From Octopus sinensis (taxonomy: Eukaryota), in the NCBI RefSeq assembly GCF_006345805.1, contig NC_043009.1:38130001-38194000 (forward strand): a stretch of 64,000 bases of DNA. Direction: 5' to 3'. The first letter of the stretch is position 1, and each line of letters begins with the position of its first letter. This document shows, in pieces, positions 51,959-63,256 of the stretch. Made by a program: the position numbers and the translations under genes. The notes below the pieces were generated by a model. The model saw nothing but the letters and a program-made list of their open reading frames with translations. It had not been told where the DNA came from and did not search any database.

Positions 51959-52371
51959 CGGCGAACTGGCTGAAACGTTAGCTCGCTGAGTGGAATGCTT
52001 CGTGGTATCTCGTCTGCCGTTACGTTCTGAGTTCAAATTCCGCCGAGGTCGACTTTACCTTTCATCCTTTCGGGGTCGATTAAATAAGTACCAGTTACGC
52101 ACTGGGGTCGATATAATCGACTTAATCCCTCTGTCTGTCCTTGTTTGTCCCCTCTGTGTTTAGCCTCTTGTGGGTAGTAAAGAAATAGGAATTTCGTATG
52201 CCGTTACGTTCTGAGTTCAAATTCCGCCGAGGTCGACTTTACCTTTCATCCTTTCGGGGTTGATAAATTAAGTACCATTTACGCACTGGTGTCGATGTAA
52301 TCGACTTAATCCGTTTGTCTGTCCTTGTTTGTCCTCTCTATGTTTAGCCCCTTGTGGGCAATAAAGAAATA
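51959..52371 (+). mobile_element. SINE family A dimer within one TSD
   Basis: 10-bp TSD ACA(C/T)ACTGTG (51949-51958 / 52372-52381); junction GAAATAG|GAATTTCGTATGCC at 52188|52189. Confidence 0.88.
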
Positions 52372-52404
52372 ACATACTGTGTCAGTTTGATTTTTCCTGA
52401 ATAT

Positions 52405-52625
52405 ATTTTAGCATTCAGAATTCTTTGTCAAATATGATGCTCATTTATTTACATTGTTTTGAATTAATCAAGTATTATCTCGTAGCATCAGAATTTTGAC
52501 GATGCGATTACATATTTTTAGAATGACATTGTAAGGTAGGTGTGAGAGATAGGATCTGGCTGATCTGCGCATAAAACAGATAGAATATTTGGGGCGGATA
52601 CGGCTGGGTTAAATGCTAATGGACT
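52405..52625 (-). mobile_element. Probable piggyBac-type MITE remnant
   Basis: TTTAGCATT..AATGCTAA ends. The interior is recognised from memory as a common octopod repeat. Confidence 0.35.
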
Positions 52626-52805
52626 AAGGGTGCACCTGTCTTTGAAATACTCAGTCATTTTACACGGTACATCTATGGAAGTGGTAGATTAGTTATTCAA
52701 ACAACTGAGTCTTGTGATCGGAAATTCTGACCGACATCTAGAAATTAGTCTTACACACACACACACACACACACGCACACACACACACACACACACACAA
52801 AGCAG

Positions 52806-53230
52806 TGGGTGCAGACATAGCTGTATGGTAAAAAAAAAAGCTTGTTTTTGCAACCATGTAGTTTCAGGTTCAGTTCCACTGCGCAACACCTTGGGTAAGT
52901 GTCTTCTACTATTACCTCGAGCCAACCAACGCCTTATGAGTGAATTTACTAGACGGAAACTGTGTTGAAGCTCGTCGTATACACGCGTGTGTTTGTCTTT
53001 GTCTTTGTGTTTTTCCTCCACCACCGCTTGACAACAAAGAGTTGCTTCTTTTTTCGACATTCCCGTAACTTAACACTTCGGTAAAATGATCGATAGATTT
53101 GAAAAAAGAATAAAATAACAAAAAACAAACACAAACCTAAGTACTGGAATCGATTCGTTCGACTAAAATCTTTCTATGTGGTGCACTTGCAATGGCCGCC
53201 GTCCAATGACTGAAACAAGTAAAAGCTAAA
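52806..53230 (+). mobile_element. SINE family C, older full-length copy
   Basis: Head, core and ..CCAATGACTGAAACAAGTAAAAG tail. Confidence 0.75.
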
Positions 53231-54057
53231 CAAATATTATTTCAGTTTTTCTTAGTGTTGATCCTGATATAGGAACCGTTTCTCAAAAGTTGCTAATTTT
53301 TCATGAGAAATGCACGAAAGTTCTATCTATATTTTCACTTCCATTTTCGCAGTAAATTTTGGGCTTTTCGCCTAAATAGAAAGACGAAACAATATTAGTT
53401 TTTGTTCGTTTCCATTCGCTTCCCAGCATTGCCGTTTAGTAATACAGAGCCCACCCTTGTCTTACATCTAGTAATTACCCATATTTACATTCTACTGTCT
53501 TGTGTTTACACTATCTTTATGAAACACGAGCTAGCATTTCCACCCTTATCCCTTTCTCTCTCTGTCTCTATTGAATGTCTTTCTTATCATACTTAATACA
53601 CATGCACTTAACGTACTGATTGCTATCATCGCATATGCTACTTCTATTCTTGCCGCTTGCAATTTGTTTCAATATATCTATCTAGTTTCTATTTTATATT
53701 TTCACATTAATGAACGAGCGATAGAAATGCTTTTAGCTTCAACGTTATAAAATCCGCTCACTTATGAGTTTATTTAGTACTGACCAAAGCTAGAATTTTG
53801 GTGCAGAAAATTCTAAGTTCCCAGCTACCAGTGAAATATCTTCAATTTTTTTTTATTAGCATAATATAAATAAAGTAGAAGTAAAGTACAGTGGTTGGTG
53901 GTATCGACTTACCCCTCGTTTAAAATTGCTTTTTATATTTTTACCATGATTAAAGCTAGTTATTATCCGAATGCAATGATTTATCGAAACATTCTTTTTC
54001 CATATCAGTTTGAAGTCGAGTATCTCCATAATATCGTAGGCAGGTGTTCCAAACGTG

Positions 54058-54292
54058 AAGGCGGCGAGCTGGCAGAAACGTTAGCGTGCCGGACGAAATG
54101 CGTAGCCGTATTTCGTCCGCCGTTACGTTCTGAGTTCAAATTCCGCCGAGGTCGACTTTGCCTTTCATCCTTTCGGGGTCGATAAATTAATTACCAGTTA
54201 CGCACTGGGGGTTCGATGTAATCGACTTAATACCTATGTCTGTCCTTGTTTGTCCCCTCTATGTTTAGACCCTTGTGTGTAGTAAAAGAAAT
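54058..54292 (+). mobile_element. SINE family A (A1) with TSD
   Basis: 16-bp TSD AGGTGTTCC(A/G)AA(C/T)GTG (54042-54057 / 54293-54308), inserted at the 5' edge of a family B copy. Confidence 0.9.
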
Positions 54293-54305
54293 AGGTGTTC
54301 CGAAT

Positions 54306-54680
54306 GTGGAGGTATGTGACTTAGTGACCAGCGGTTAGGTGTTGGACTGATGATCGTAAGATTGTGGTTTCGATTCCTGGATCGGGCGAGACATGTTCTT
54401 GAGCAAAACACTTCATTTCACGTTGCTTTACTTCACTCAGCTGGTAAAAAAAATGAGTAATCTTGCTACAGATCGGCGTTCTGTCGTGTGGCTTAGTGAC
54501 TGGGGATGTAATGGGGGTGGACTCATGATCATAAGATTGTAGTTTCAATTCCTGGACCGGGCGATGTGTTATGTTCCTAAGCAAAATACTTCCTTTCACG
54601 TTGCACCAGTCCACTCAGCTGGTGAAAATGAGTAATCCTATCGCAGACCAGCGTTCCATCCAAGGGAAAATATATACTCC
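54306..54680 (+). mobile_element. Two tandem family B SINEs (tail T2 start)
   Basis: Head and CACTCAGCTGG..AAATGAGTAATC core occur twice (~54306-54485 and ~54486-54680). Confidence 0.75.
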
Positions 54681-54728
54681 ATAGGTTCTGGGAGTTGCTT
54701 TAAGCTTTTTTTCTTTCATCTTTTAGGT

Positions 54729-54840
54729 CAGCGGTTCCCAACCATTTTTTTTTTTATCTATAGACCCCTTTGAATACTATTTTATTCTGTTTGACCCCCG
54801 TTGCCATTCGCCGTTTAAAAACTAGTTTTATAGATAGTTT
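54729..54840 (+). mobile_element. hAT (Charlie-like) left-end fragment
   Basis: Starts CAGCGGTTCCCAACC; the interior is similar to the start of 58162-58847. Confidence 0.55.
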
Positions 54841-54841
54841 T

Positions 54842-55820
54842 ATAGGCGTAGGAGTGGCCTGTGTGATAAGTATCTTTCTTACGAACCATATGGTTCTGGG
54901 TTCAGTCCCACTGCATGGCACCTTGGACAAGTGTCTTTTACTATAAGCCTCAGGCCGACCAAAGCCTTGTGAGTGGATTTGGTAGACAGAAACTGAAAGA
55001 AGTCCGTCTTTACATATTTTTTAAAAGTTTGACATTTAATATAGCGGTCTCTTTTGCCGAAACATTACGTTACGGGACATAAACACACCAACACCGATTG
55101 ATAAAATAACAGGAAAAACAACAATTGGATAATACATTGAATATATTGATGATCAGTGAAAGTTTTTGATGGAAAAATAGAAGTAGATACGACGTTTCGA
55201 GCATGGCTCCTCACCAGATAGAGAAAAATGTCCAGAGAAGAGGAAAAGGAGGCGGGGCAGATAGTCTGGGGTAAAGGAGAAAAGCACACGTGTCGTAACA
55301 GCCCAAATATAACCGATCGCGTGTTAGAGAAATAGAGAATATGGTTTTTGAAGGCAGGAAACAGCAAAAATGGTCATTGTATGTATGTATGTGTGTATGT
55401 ATTGTGTATATATGTATATATATTTTTGTAGATATGTACATATATACGACGGGTTTTTTCAGTTTTCGTCTACTGAATTGACTCACAAGGCTTTGCTCAT
55501 CTATAGTAGAAGATACTCGCCCAAGGTGCCGCGTAGTGGGGCTGAACATGGAACCATGTGTTTGGGAAGCAGACTTTTTACCACACAGCCATGACATCTA
55601 TCTCCCTCTCTCTCTTTCTCTCTCACTTTCTCTATCTATCTACCTATCTAAAACAGCCCTCCAAAAGTTTTTCGTATACCAAATTCCCTCACAGGGCATT
55701 AGTCGGCCCGAGGCATTGGTAGAAGACACTTGCCAAAGGTGCCACGCAATGAGACTGAAGTCGAAATCGAATAGTAGTAGCAAAGTGAACGTCTTAACCA
55801 CGCAACCATGTCTGCATCTA
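54842..55820. mobile_element. Cluster of SINE family C halves: 54842-55015 (+), ~55430-55595 (-), ~55650-55820 (-)
   Basis: Heads and cores in both orientations. Confidence 0.75.
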
Positions 55821-56353
55821 TATCTGAACAGTATTTATAAAGATTTTATCATTCGATTGAGTAACTACTATATAAGGTATATAACATCATCACACAGGGT
55901 GAAGCGTTGCATCGTAATAATATAAGCCTGAACTAATTAGTGTCTATGTTCATTTATTCTGAGTTGCTTATTTAAGCTTGACTTCAAGTAATTAACCTCG
56001 GTGATTGGTGAGAATCATGAGGTCACTGTTAGTTAGTTAGTTAGTCTTATTTCAGAATCCAATCACGATTACAGATCGCTGCACTGTAAGGATATCGATG
56101 AAATACCTACAGAGAGAGTGAAGAGTCCGTGGATTACACCACGCAAAGAAGTGGATTAAGTGACGAGAGTTTGTATCCAAGCCTATTGACGTTAAAATGT
56201 ATTTCCATATAAAACTATAAAATAAAAAACAATTAATTCCAAAATATTTTTTCTTATAATTTTGGCACAAAGTCAGGTCAGCAGTTTTGATGAGGGAGAG
56301 AGAGAGAGAGAAGTGGATTACATTGACTCCAGAGCCAAACTGGTATTTATTTT

Positions 56354-56583
56354 AAGGCGGCGAGCTGGCAGAAACGTTAGCACGCCGGGCGAAATGCGTA
56401 GTATTTCGTCTGTCGTTACGTTCTGGGTTCAAATTCCGCCGAGGTCGACTTTGCCTTTCATCCTTTCGGGGTCAATAAATTAAGTACCAGTTACGCACTG
56501 GGGTCGATGTAATCGACTTAATCCGTTTGTCTGTCCTTGTTTGTCCCCTCTATGTTTAGCCCCTTGTGGGTAGTAAAGAAATA
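56354..56583 (+). mobile_element. SINE family A (A1) nested antisense in an older family A copy
   Basis: 14-bp TSD GGTATTTATTTTAA (56342-56355 / 56584-56597). Confidence 0.92.
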
Positions 56584-56597
56584 GGTATTTATTTTAA

Positions 56598-57210
56598 CGA
56601 CCACGAAAGGGATGAAAGTAGGGTAGATCTCAGTGGCGTTTGAACTCAGAACGTAAAGATCTAGAATAAATATCATTAAGAATTTTGTCCGTCGCGCTAA
56701 CGATCTTGATTGCTCGCTGCCTTACAATAATCCTTTCTACCATAGGCAGAAGGCCTGAAGTTTTGGGGGAAGGGGCTAGTCTGGTACTTATTTCATCGAT
56801 CCCGAAAGGACGAACGGCAAAGATGACCACGGCGGAATTTGAATTCAGAATGTAAAGACGGGTGAAATGTCCCTGAGACAAACTCGGTGGAATTTGAACT
56901 TTGAACGTAAACACGGGCTAAATGTCACTAAGCATTTTGTCCGGTATGCTAACGGTTCTGTGAGTTCGTCGCCTTATAATAATGATAATAATCCTTTGTG
57001 CTGTAGACACAAGTCCTGAAATTTTGCGGGAGGGGACGAGCCGATTACATCTACCCCAGTTTTTCACTGGTACTTAATTTATCGATCCCGAAAGGATGAA
57101 AGGCAAAGTCGACCTCGGCAGAATTTGAACTCAGAATGTAGCGACGGGCGAAATACTGCTAAGCATTTTGCGCAGTGTGCTAACAATTCTGCCAGCTCGC
57201 CGCCTTCAAT
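56598..57210 (-). mobile_element. Cluster of older minus-strand family A (A2) copies
   Basis: Repeated TTTGAACTCAGAA(C/T)GTA..GCATTTTG..GCTAAC..GCTCGCCGCCTT blocks. Confidence 0.75.
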
Positions 57211-57231
57211 AGTAATAATAATAATAATAAT

Positions 57232-57430
57232 TTCATAGGGATGTTGAAGATGAGACAGACAGAGAAAAAAAGATGGCTGTGGATTACAAAAAGTGATTTA
57301 AAACCGGAAACGAAGGCTCTTATCTGTGCTGCCCAGGAGCAAACGCTAAGAATGAATTACATCAAATACAGAATAGACAGCTGGCACCGTAGTACATCTC
57401 CAGCGACAGAAGACGTGCAAAGACAATAAA
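57232..57430 (+). mobile_element. R4/Dong-type LINE fragment with internal deletion
   Basis: FHRDVEDETDREK-RWLWITKSDLKPETKALICAAQEQTLRMNYIKYRID (post-RT region of RLE-type LINEs) joined to a 3' end CAATAAA; flanked by (AAT)n and (TGA)n/(TAA)n. Confidence 0.7.
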
Positions 57431-58161
57431 TGATGATGATGATGATGATGATGATAGTAGTTATAATAATAATGATAATAACAACAACAACAACAATAAT
57501 AATGATAATAATAATAATAATAATAATGATAATAATAATAATAGTAATAATAATATTTGTAGTTTGCTAAAATATAGGGTTCTCAATTTAGTTTCGAGAA
57601 GCGAGCGATCTAATAGAAACAAATTCAAAATTTGTCCTCGGCTGCAAAATCAAAACTAGGTATCAAAATATATTTCCAAAACAACATATCAATAAATTAA
57701 TATTAAATAAATAATCTAAAATTGCCAGCAATTACAGATGTATATTAAATATAAATAAACTTAATTTTAACTCCCAGCTCATCTTACGAGTTACTGTTTC
57801 GTCAAATGATTTATAAATCGACTGGAATCCAATACTGGCAAATTCTGAATTAGAATATATTTCTAAATAAATAATATTTTCCCATTAACTTTACCTCCGT
57901 TTGATTTATTACAAGAACATCTGAATATTTCTAATATATAACCGGGATTAAATGCAGTATTAAATATAATTTCCTTATACTTTATGTATGTATATTCGAC
58001 ACATTTTTCTTAAATCACAGCAAACTCAGCTGCTGGTTAGGGTAATCAGGAAAAGTTTTCAGTAAATGACATATCAATGAGCGTTAACGCCTTGCCCGTC
58101 CAAAGTATTTTCATAAATTTGTTTTAAACGTTCATGCTTGTTTTCAGAATTTTAGTTAACG

Positions 58162-58847
58162 CAGGGGTTCGCAGCCATTTTTATCTATAAACTTTCGATT
58201 ACTAATTTATTCTGGTGTATCTCCATAGCTATTTCATGTTTACAAATCAAGTTTTAAAGATACTTCTTCCAAAATTTCCATTTTGTTTTCCACACATTAA
58301 CTTGTGTAAGTTGAACTATGTATAACGTTAGAGAAAGAAACCTAGTCGTTTCTTGCAATACATACCAATACATGCTTCTAAAGCAGAATGTTTTCAGAGG
58401 CCCTTAAAATACCATTATGGATCCCTAATTTACTACTTCCAAAATTTCCATTTTGTTTTTCACACATTAACTTGTGTAAGTTGAACTATGTATAACGTTA
58501 GAGAAATAAACCTAGCCGTTTCTTACAATACATACCAATACATGCTTCTAAAGCAGAATGTTTTCAGGGGCCCTTAAAATGCTATTGTGGATCCCTAATT
58601 TACTACTTCCAAAATTCCCTTTTTTTTTTTCACACATTAACTTGTGTAAGGTGAACTATGTATAACATTAGAGAAAGAAACCTAGCCGTTTCTTGCAATA
58701 CACACCAATACATGCATCTAAAGCAGAATGTTGTAGGAGCCCTTAAAATATCATTGTGGATCCCTAATTTATTATCTTATTGTGTGGATCCCACAAAATC
58801 TTAAATGGACCTTCAGGGGCGAAAAGAGTCTCGGACGAGGACCATTG
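58162..58847 (+). mobile_element. Non-autonomous hAT (Charlie-like) element with internal 3 x 170-bp triplication
   Basis: Degenerate TIRs CAGGGGTTCGC / GAGGACCATTG; 8-bp TSD AGTTAAC(G/C) (58154-58161 / 58848-58855); tandem units at 58261, 58431 and 58601-58770. Confidence 0.8.
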
Positions 58848-59364
58848 AGTTAACCCTTGTTTCATACTTTCATTTTGTAAATCCCTAGTTACCCTGGTGG
58901 TTGGAAGGAATTGGGAATGTGTATCACATGTGATGCATGGCCACCAGAAAAATATGTCATACGTGCCATGTGGTGATATACAAGATAGGTGAAGGATTAA
59001 GTTGGTCTTCATGGAAAACAAACCCTGGTTTTTCATGCAGATTCAAAATATCTGAAGGAGTAAGCACAAAGAATCGAAGATGAGTTTTATTTCTTTTAAT
59101 TAATCTCTATTTTTGTTGCTCAGTGAAGGTTAGGCTTTGCTGGTCACTGCTATCATACTGGATACCAGGCCACATCGGATGTTACATTCTGAAAATTTCT
59201 ACAACGAAGACCACTCAAGTACATTGATGTTATTGGCAGACACACCACACACTCATACATTGGTAGATGTACACACAACATGGAAACTGAGGACCTTCCA
59301 AAGCTAATGGTTAACGAAGATTCTTGGAGCAGCTGCTTGAAGCAGAATGTCAATAATTCTCGTC

Positions 59365-59490
59365 TTGATCATGATAGTGGGAGTTAAATACCTCTATGAC
59401 CCAAAGAGTTATACTGACGGGAATTTTTTTTTACCTTACTGGTCAAAATAGGCTGGGCAGGTCTGAAGTGAGGGACTTGACTAAATGAAA
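59365..59490 (+). mobile_element. Decayed RTE-type 5' end
   Basis: ..ATGACCCAAAGAGTTATACTGACGGG..GGCTGGGCAGGTC..GACTAAA, similar to the 5' part of 34349-34780. Confidence 0.35.
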
Positions 59491-59922
59491 ATTACTATGA
59501 GAAGTCTTGGGAAGCAGTATGGTGTAGGGGTGCACAGTTTCGGCGGAGAAATCGATTAACTAATAATGATTACGGCAACAATCGAAAGATATTGAAAGAT
59601 GGAATCGTATCGATGACATTGATCTGGGTCACCTAGTTCTGAAAGTGAACGGCTGCTAACATCTATAGAAATGGTGATCAGAGATGTCATTCTGCGAGCG
59701 AAGCATTTCAGTAAATCCGAGCAAACTCACCCACGATGATGATGATAATGATGATAGCGACGACGATGATGATGATGATGATGATGATTACTACATGTAT
59801 GCACATTTGAACATAAGAATATGAAGAAAGACAGGCAGTTTACTCTATTAAATATATATATATATATATGTACATACATACATACATAAATACATACGAA
59901 CATACATACATACATACATACA

Positions 59923-59956
<34 letters not shown>

Positions 59957-59957
59957 A

Positions 59958-61935
59958 GAAAGAGCAGACAGAGAAGCCTGGGCTATAGAAAACATAAAAT
60001 CTAACCCAGAGCTTTCTACAGGTATGCCAAAGAAACAGCTACAGTGCACTGTAGAATAGGGCCACTCCTCGAAAAGGATGGCACACTTACAGGAAAACCA
60101 ATGAGGGTAAGTGAAATACTGAATGAGCAATTCAAGAGTGTTTTCACTCCACCCCTTGGGCATCTCCAAATCACCAATCCAACTGACTTTTTTAACACTG
60201 CAGATATAAAATCAGAGGCGGCGACGATAGATTACATCGATATAAAGGAAGAAGATGTAACCAAGGCTATAGATGAAATGAAAACAGACTCAGCTACTGG
60301 CCCCGATGGATTCCCGGCAATCCTCCTAAAAGCATGTAAGAGAGTCCTAGCAAGACCACTGCAGTTCCTCTTTCAGAGCTTCCTTGCAGCTGGCAAACTT
60401 CCAGGAAAACTGAAGGAAGGTAAAATATGCCCCATTCATAAAGGAGGTAGCAGAGCGGAAGCCAAGAACTATAGACCTATCTCTCTGACCTCACACATCA
60501 GCAAGGTCATGGAACGAATAGTCAGAAGGAAGCTGATCACCTTCCTTGAAGAGAATGACTTGCTGCCCGACACCCAACATGGTTTCCGACCAGGAGAAGC
60601 TGTTTAACTCAGCTCCTACAACACTATGACTGGGTGCTGAAACGGCTGCTCAACCACTCAAATGTGGAAGTCATATATCTCGACTTTGCAAAGGCCTTTG
60701 ATAAAGTCGATCATGGAATGATATGTCACAAACTGCGTGATCTCAACATAGTTGGAAAACTGGGAGAATGGCTTCATGACTTTCTGAAGGATAGAAGTCA
60801 GGTGGTAGTAGCCAATGGGGCCACCTCCATTAACACACAAATAGTGAGCGGTGTTCCGCAGGGCACTGTTCTGGGACCACTACTGTTCATAATGGCCCTC
60901 TCAGACATGCCCTCAGCCACGCAGAGAGCCACGATCACAAGTTATGCAGATGATACAAAAGTTTCACAGGCAATACAGAACCCTGAGGACACTAAACACC
61001 TGCAATGTGAGCTGGACGAAATATACAAGTGGGCTGAAAAGAATAGCATGCAGTTCAATGCTGGAAAGTTTCAAGCTTTATACTATCAGCATGCAAAACT
61101 GAATGCAATACCCAATGAATACACTGGACCCGGAGGATTGCAATCCCAGAGGCACAATCAGTGCGTGACCTGGGTATTCACATGAGTGATGACGCGACCT
61201 TTCATGTACATGTTGCTAAACTGACACTGAAATGTAGACGGCTGGCTGGATGGATTCTTAGAACCTTTAGAACAAGAGAACAAGAAACCATGATGGTCCT
61301 CTGGAAGACACTTGTCCTAAGCCACTTTGACTATTGCTCTCAGCTATGGTCACCATCCAGTGTCAAGTTGATCACAGAACTTGAGGCGACCCAACGAAGC
61401 TACACAAAGAAGATAGCCTCTATGCAGAATGTAAGCTACTGGGAAAGACTCAAGAGATTAAAATTATATTCCCTGGAGCGTAGGCGGGAAAGATATGCCA
61501 TAATATACATCTGGAAGATCCTGGAGGGAAGTGTCCTGAACTTTGGCATCGAGAGTTACGCAAATGCCAGAACTGGGCGCCACTGCGTGGTGCCTAGGAC
61601 TCCAAACCTGCCATCAAGATGTAGGACAAGATTCTGTGATAGCCTGGGCTTCCGAGGCCCACAGCTCTTCAATATCCTCCCGAAGAACCTGAGAGACCTG
61701 CATGGGGTGGATACAGATGTCTTTAAAATGAAGCTGGATCTCTTCCTGTCCCAGATGAACCAACTTCACGGCAGGAGGGGCAGATGAGGGCAGCTGCATC
61801 GAACTCTCTCATGCACCAAATAGCAGTTGCTAGAAAGCCTCCATGAAGTGAAACCAAGTAGCAACACCAAATGGCGGTGCCCCAGCATGGCCACAGCTCA
61901 TAAGCTGAAACTAGAATCAATCAATCAATCAATCA

Positions 61936-61938
<3 letters not shown>
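59958..61938 (+). mobile_element. 5'-truncated CR1-clade LINE (reverse transcriptase ORF2, about 4 frameshifts)
   Basis: IKSNP-RAFYRYAK, LNEQFKSVFT, ATGPDG, NYRPISLTS, QHGFR, YLDFAKAFDKV, SGVPQGTVLGPLLF, YADDTK, VRDLG, LYSLERRR. Frameshifts near 60017, 60590, 61137 and 61750; no internal stops seen; short 3' UTR and (AATC)6 tail. Confidence 0.93.
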
Positions 61939-62015
<77 letters not shown>

Positions 62016-62892
62016 TTAATTTCAGTGGAATGAAGTGATCATCCGGATCGATAACAGAAGAGTGAGGTATCATGTTCAATATCAGAGGGTTAATATTATT
62101 GGATCACTTACATATCAACTTTAGGGCTTAATACCCATTAGCTTTATTAGTATATTCCAATTCGGTTAACTCTATTTTATGTACTGCACTGAGGTAAAAA
62201 CTCGGGGCGATTGAGGCTGATTAACTACGAATTCAATAAACTATTAATATCACGATAATAAACCGCGAAAGGTCTGAAAACGTAGTTTTGTAACAGCTTC
62301 TAATTAGAGATTTACTAAATAAATTTCGTCTAAAAAATAAAAACGCAAAATTTAATGATATTAAAAGTCTATGATTAATAACACATTTCAGTCTTTCATT
62401 TTTCAGATACAAAATGGAAAATTTTCGTCTGGTATCCTACGATGAACAGCATGAAAAAATTAGGAACTGAAATATTTGTTCTTTTTCAATTTTGGTTGTT
62501 TGTTCTTTTCCTTTGGTAAATTGAAAATAGAATTCGCATTATTTTCAATTTCTTTTTGTGAAATACGAAAAATGAACTTGATGATCCTGCATTTGCTCTG
62601 TTGGTAGAAGTAATAAAGACTTTTTCATTATTCAGTATTGTTTAGGTTCCTTTATGATAAACACGCTATCTGTTTGTGCAAACATAGCTGAAAAGGATTT
62701 TCCGTCCCCAATAGTGTAAACATCATAAAACACGGCATAGCGAGAGATTAAAATAAAAGAACAAAGAACAGGAAAAGCAATTACTAATGCTAGCTACTCA
62801 CAAAGTAAATCTCCTTCTATCTATATATAGATGTACATCATATATACATACATACATACAGACGCATATATGTGTGTGTATCTTATACATAC

Positions 62893-62978
<86 letters not shown>

Positions 62979-63195
62979 GTATTAGATGCACACACACACA
63001 CATTCATATATATGCATATGTATGTATCTATATATATATTTTTGTATATATTTGTATTCATATGTGTATTATATATATGTATTTATATGTGTATATATAT
63101 TTGTATATATACATATATATATATTTGTACTTATATGTATATATATACATATTTGTATTTATATATGGATATATATATTTGCATAATATGTATAT

Positions 63196-63256
<61 letters not shown>

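Noticed and set aside
59153-59353. Cys/His-containing ORF as a zinc-finger exon
   Set aside because: No C2H2 or other recognisable spacing, and no convincing splice context.
60044-61787. Three separate host genes (187, 183 and 208 aa ORFs)
   Set aside because: They are consecutive frameshifted pieces of one LINE ORF2.
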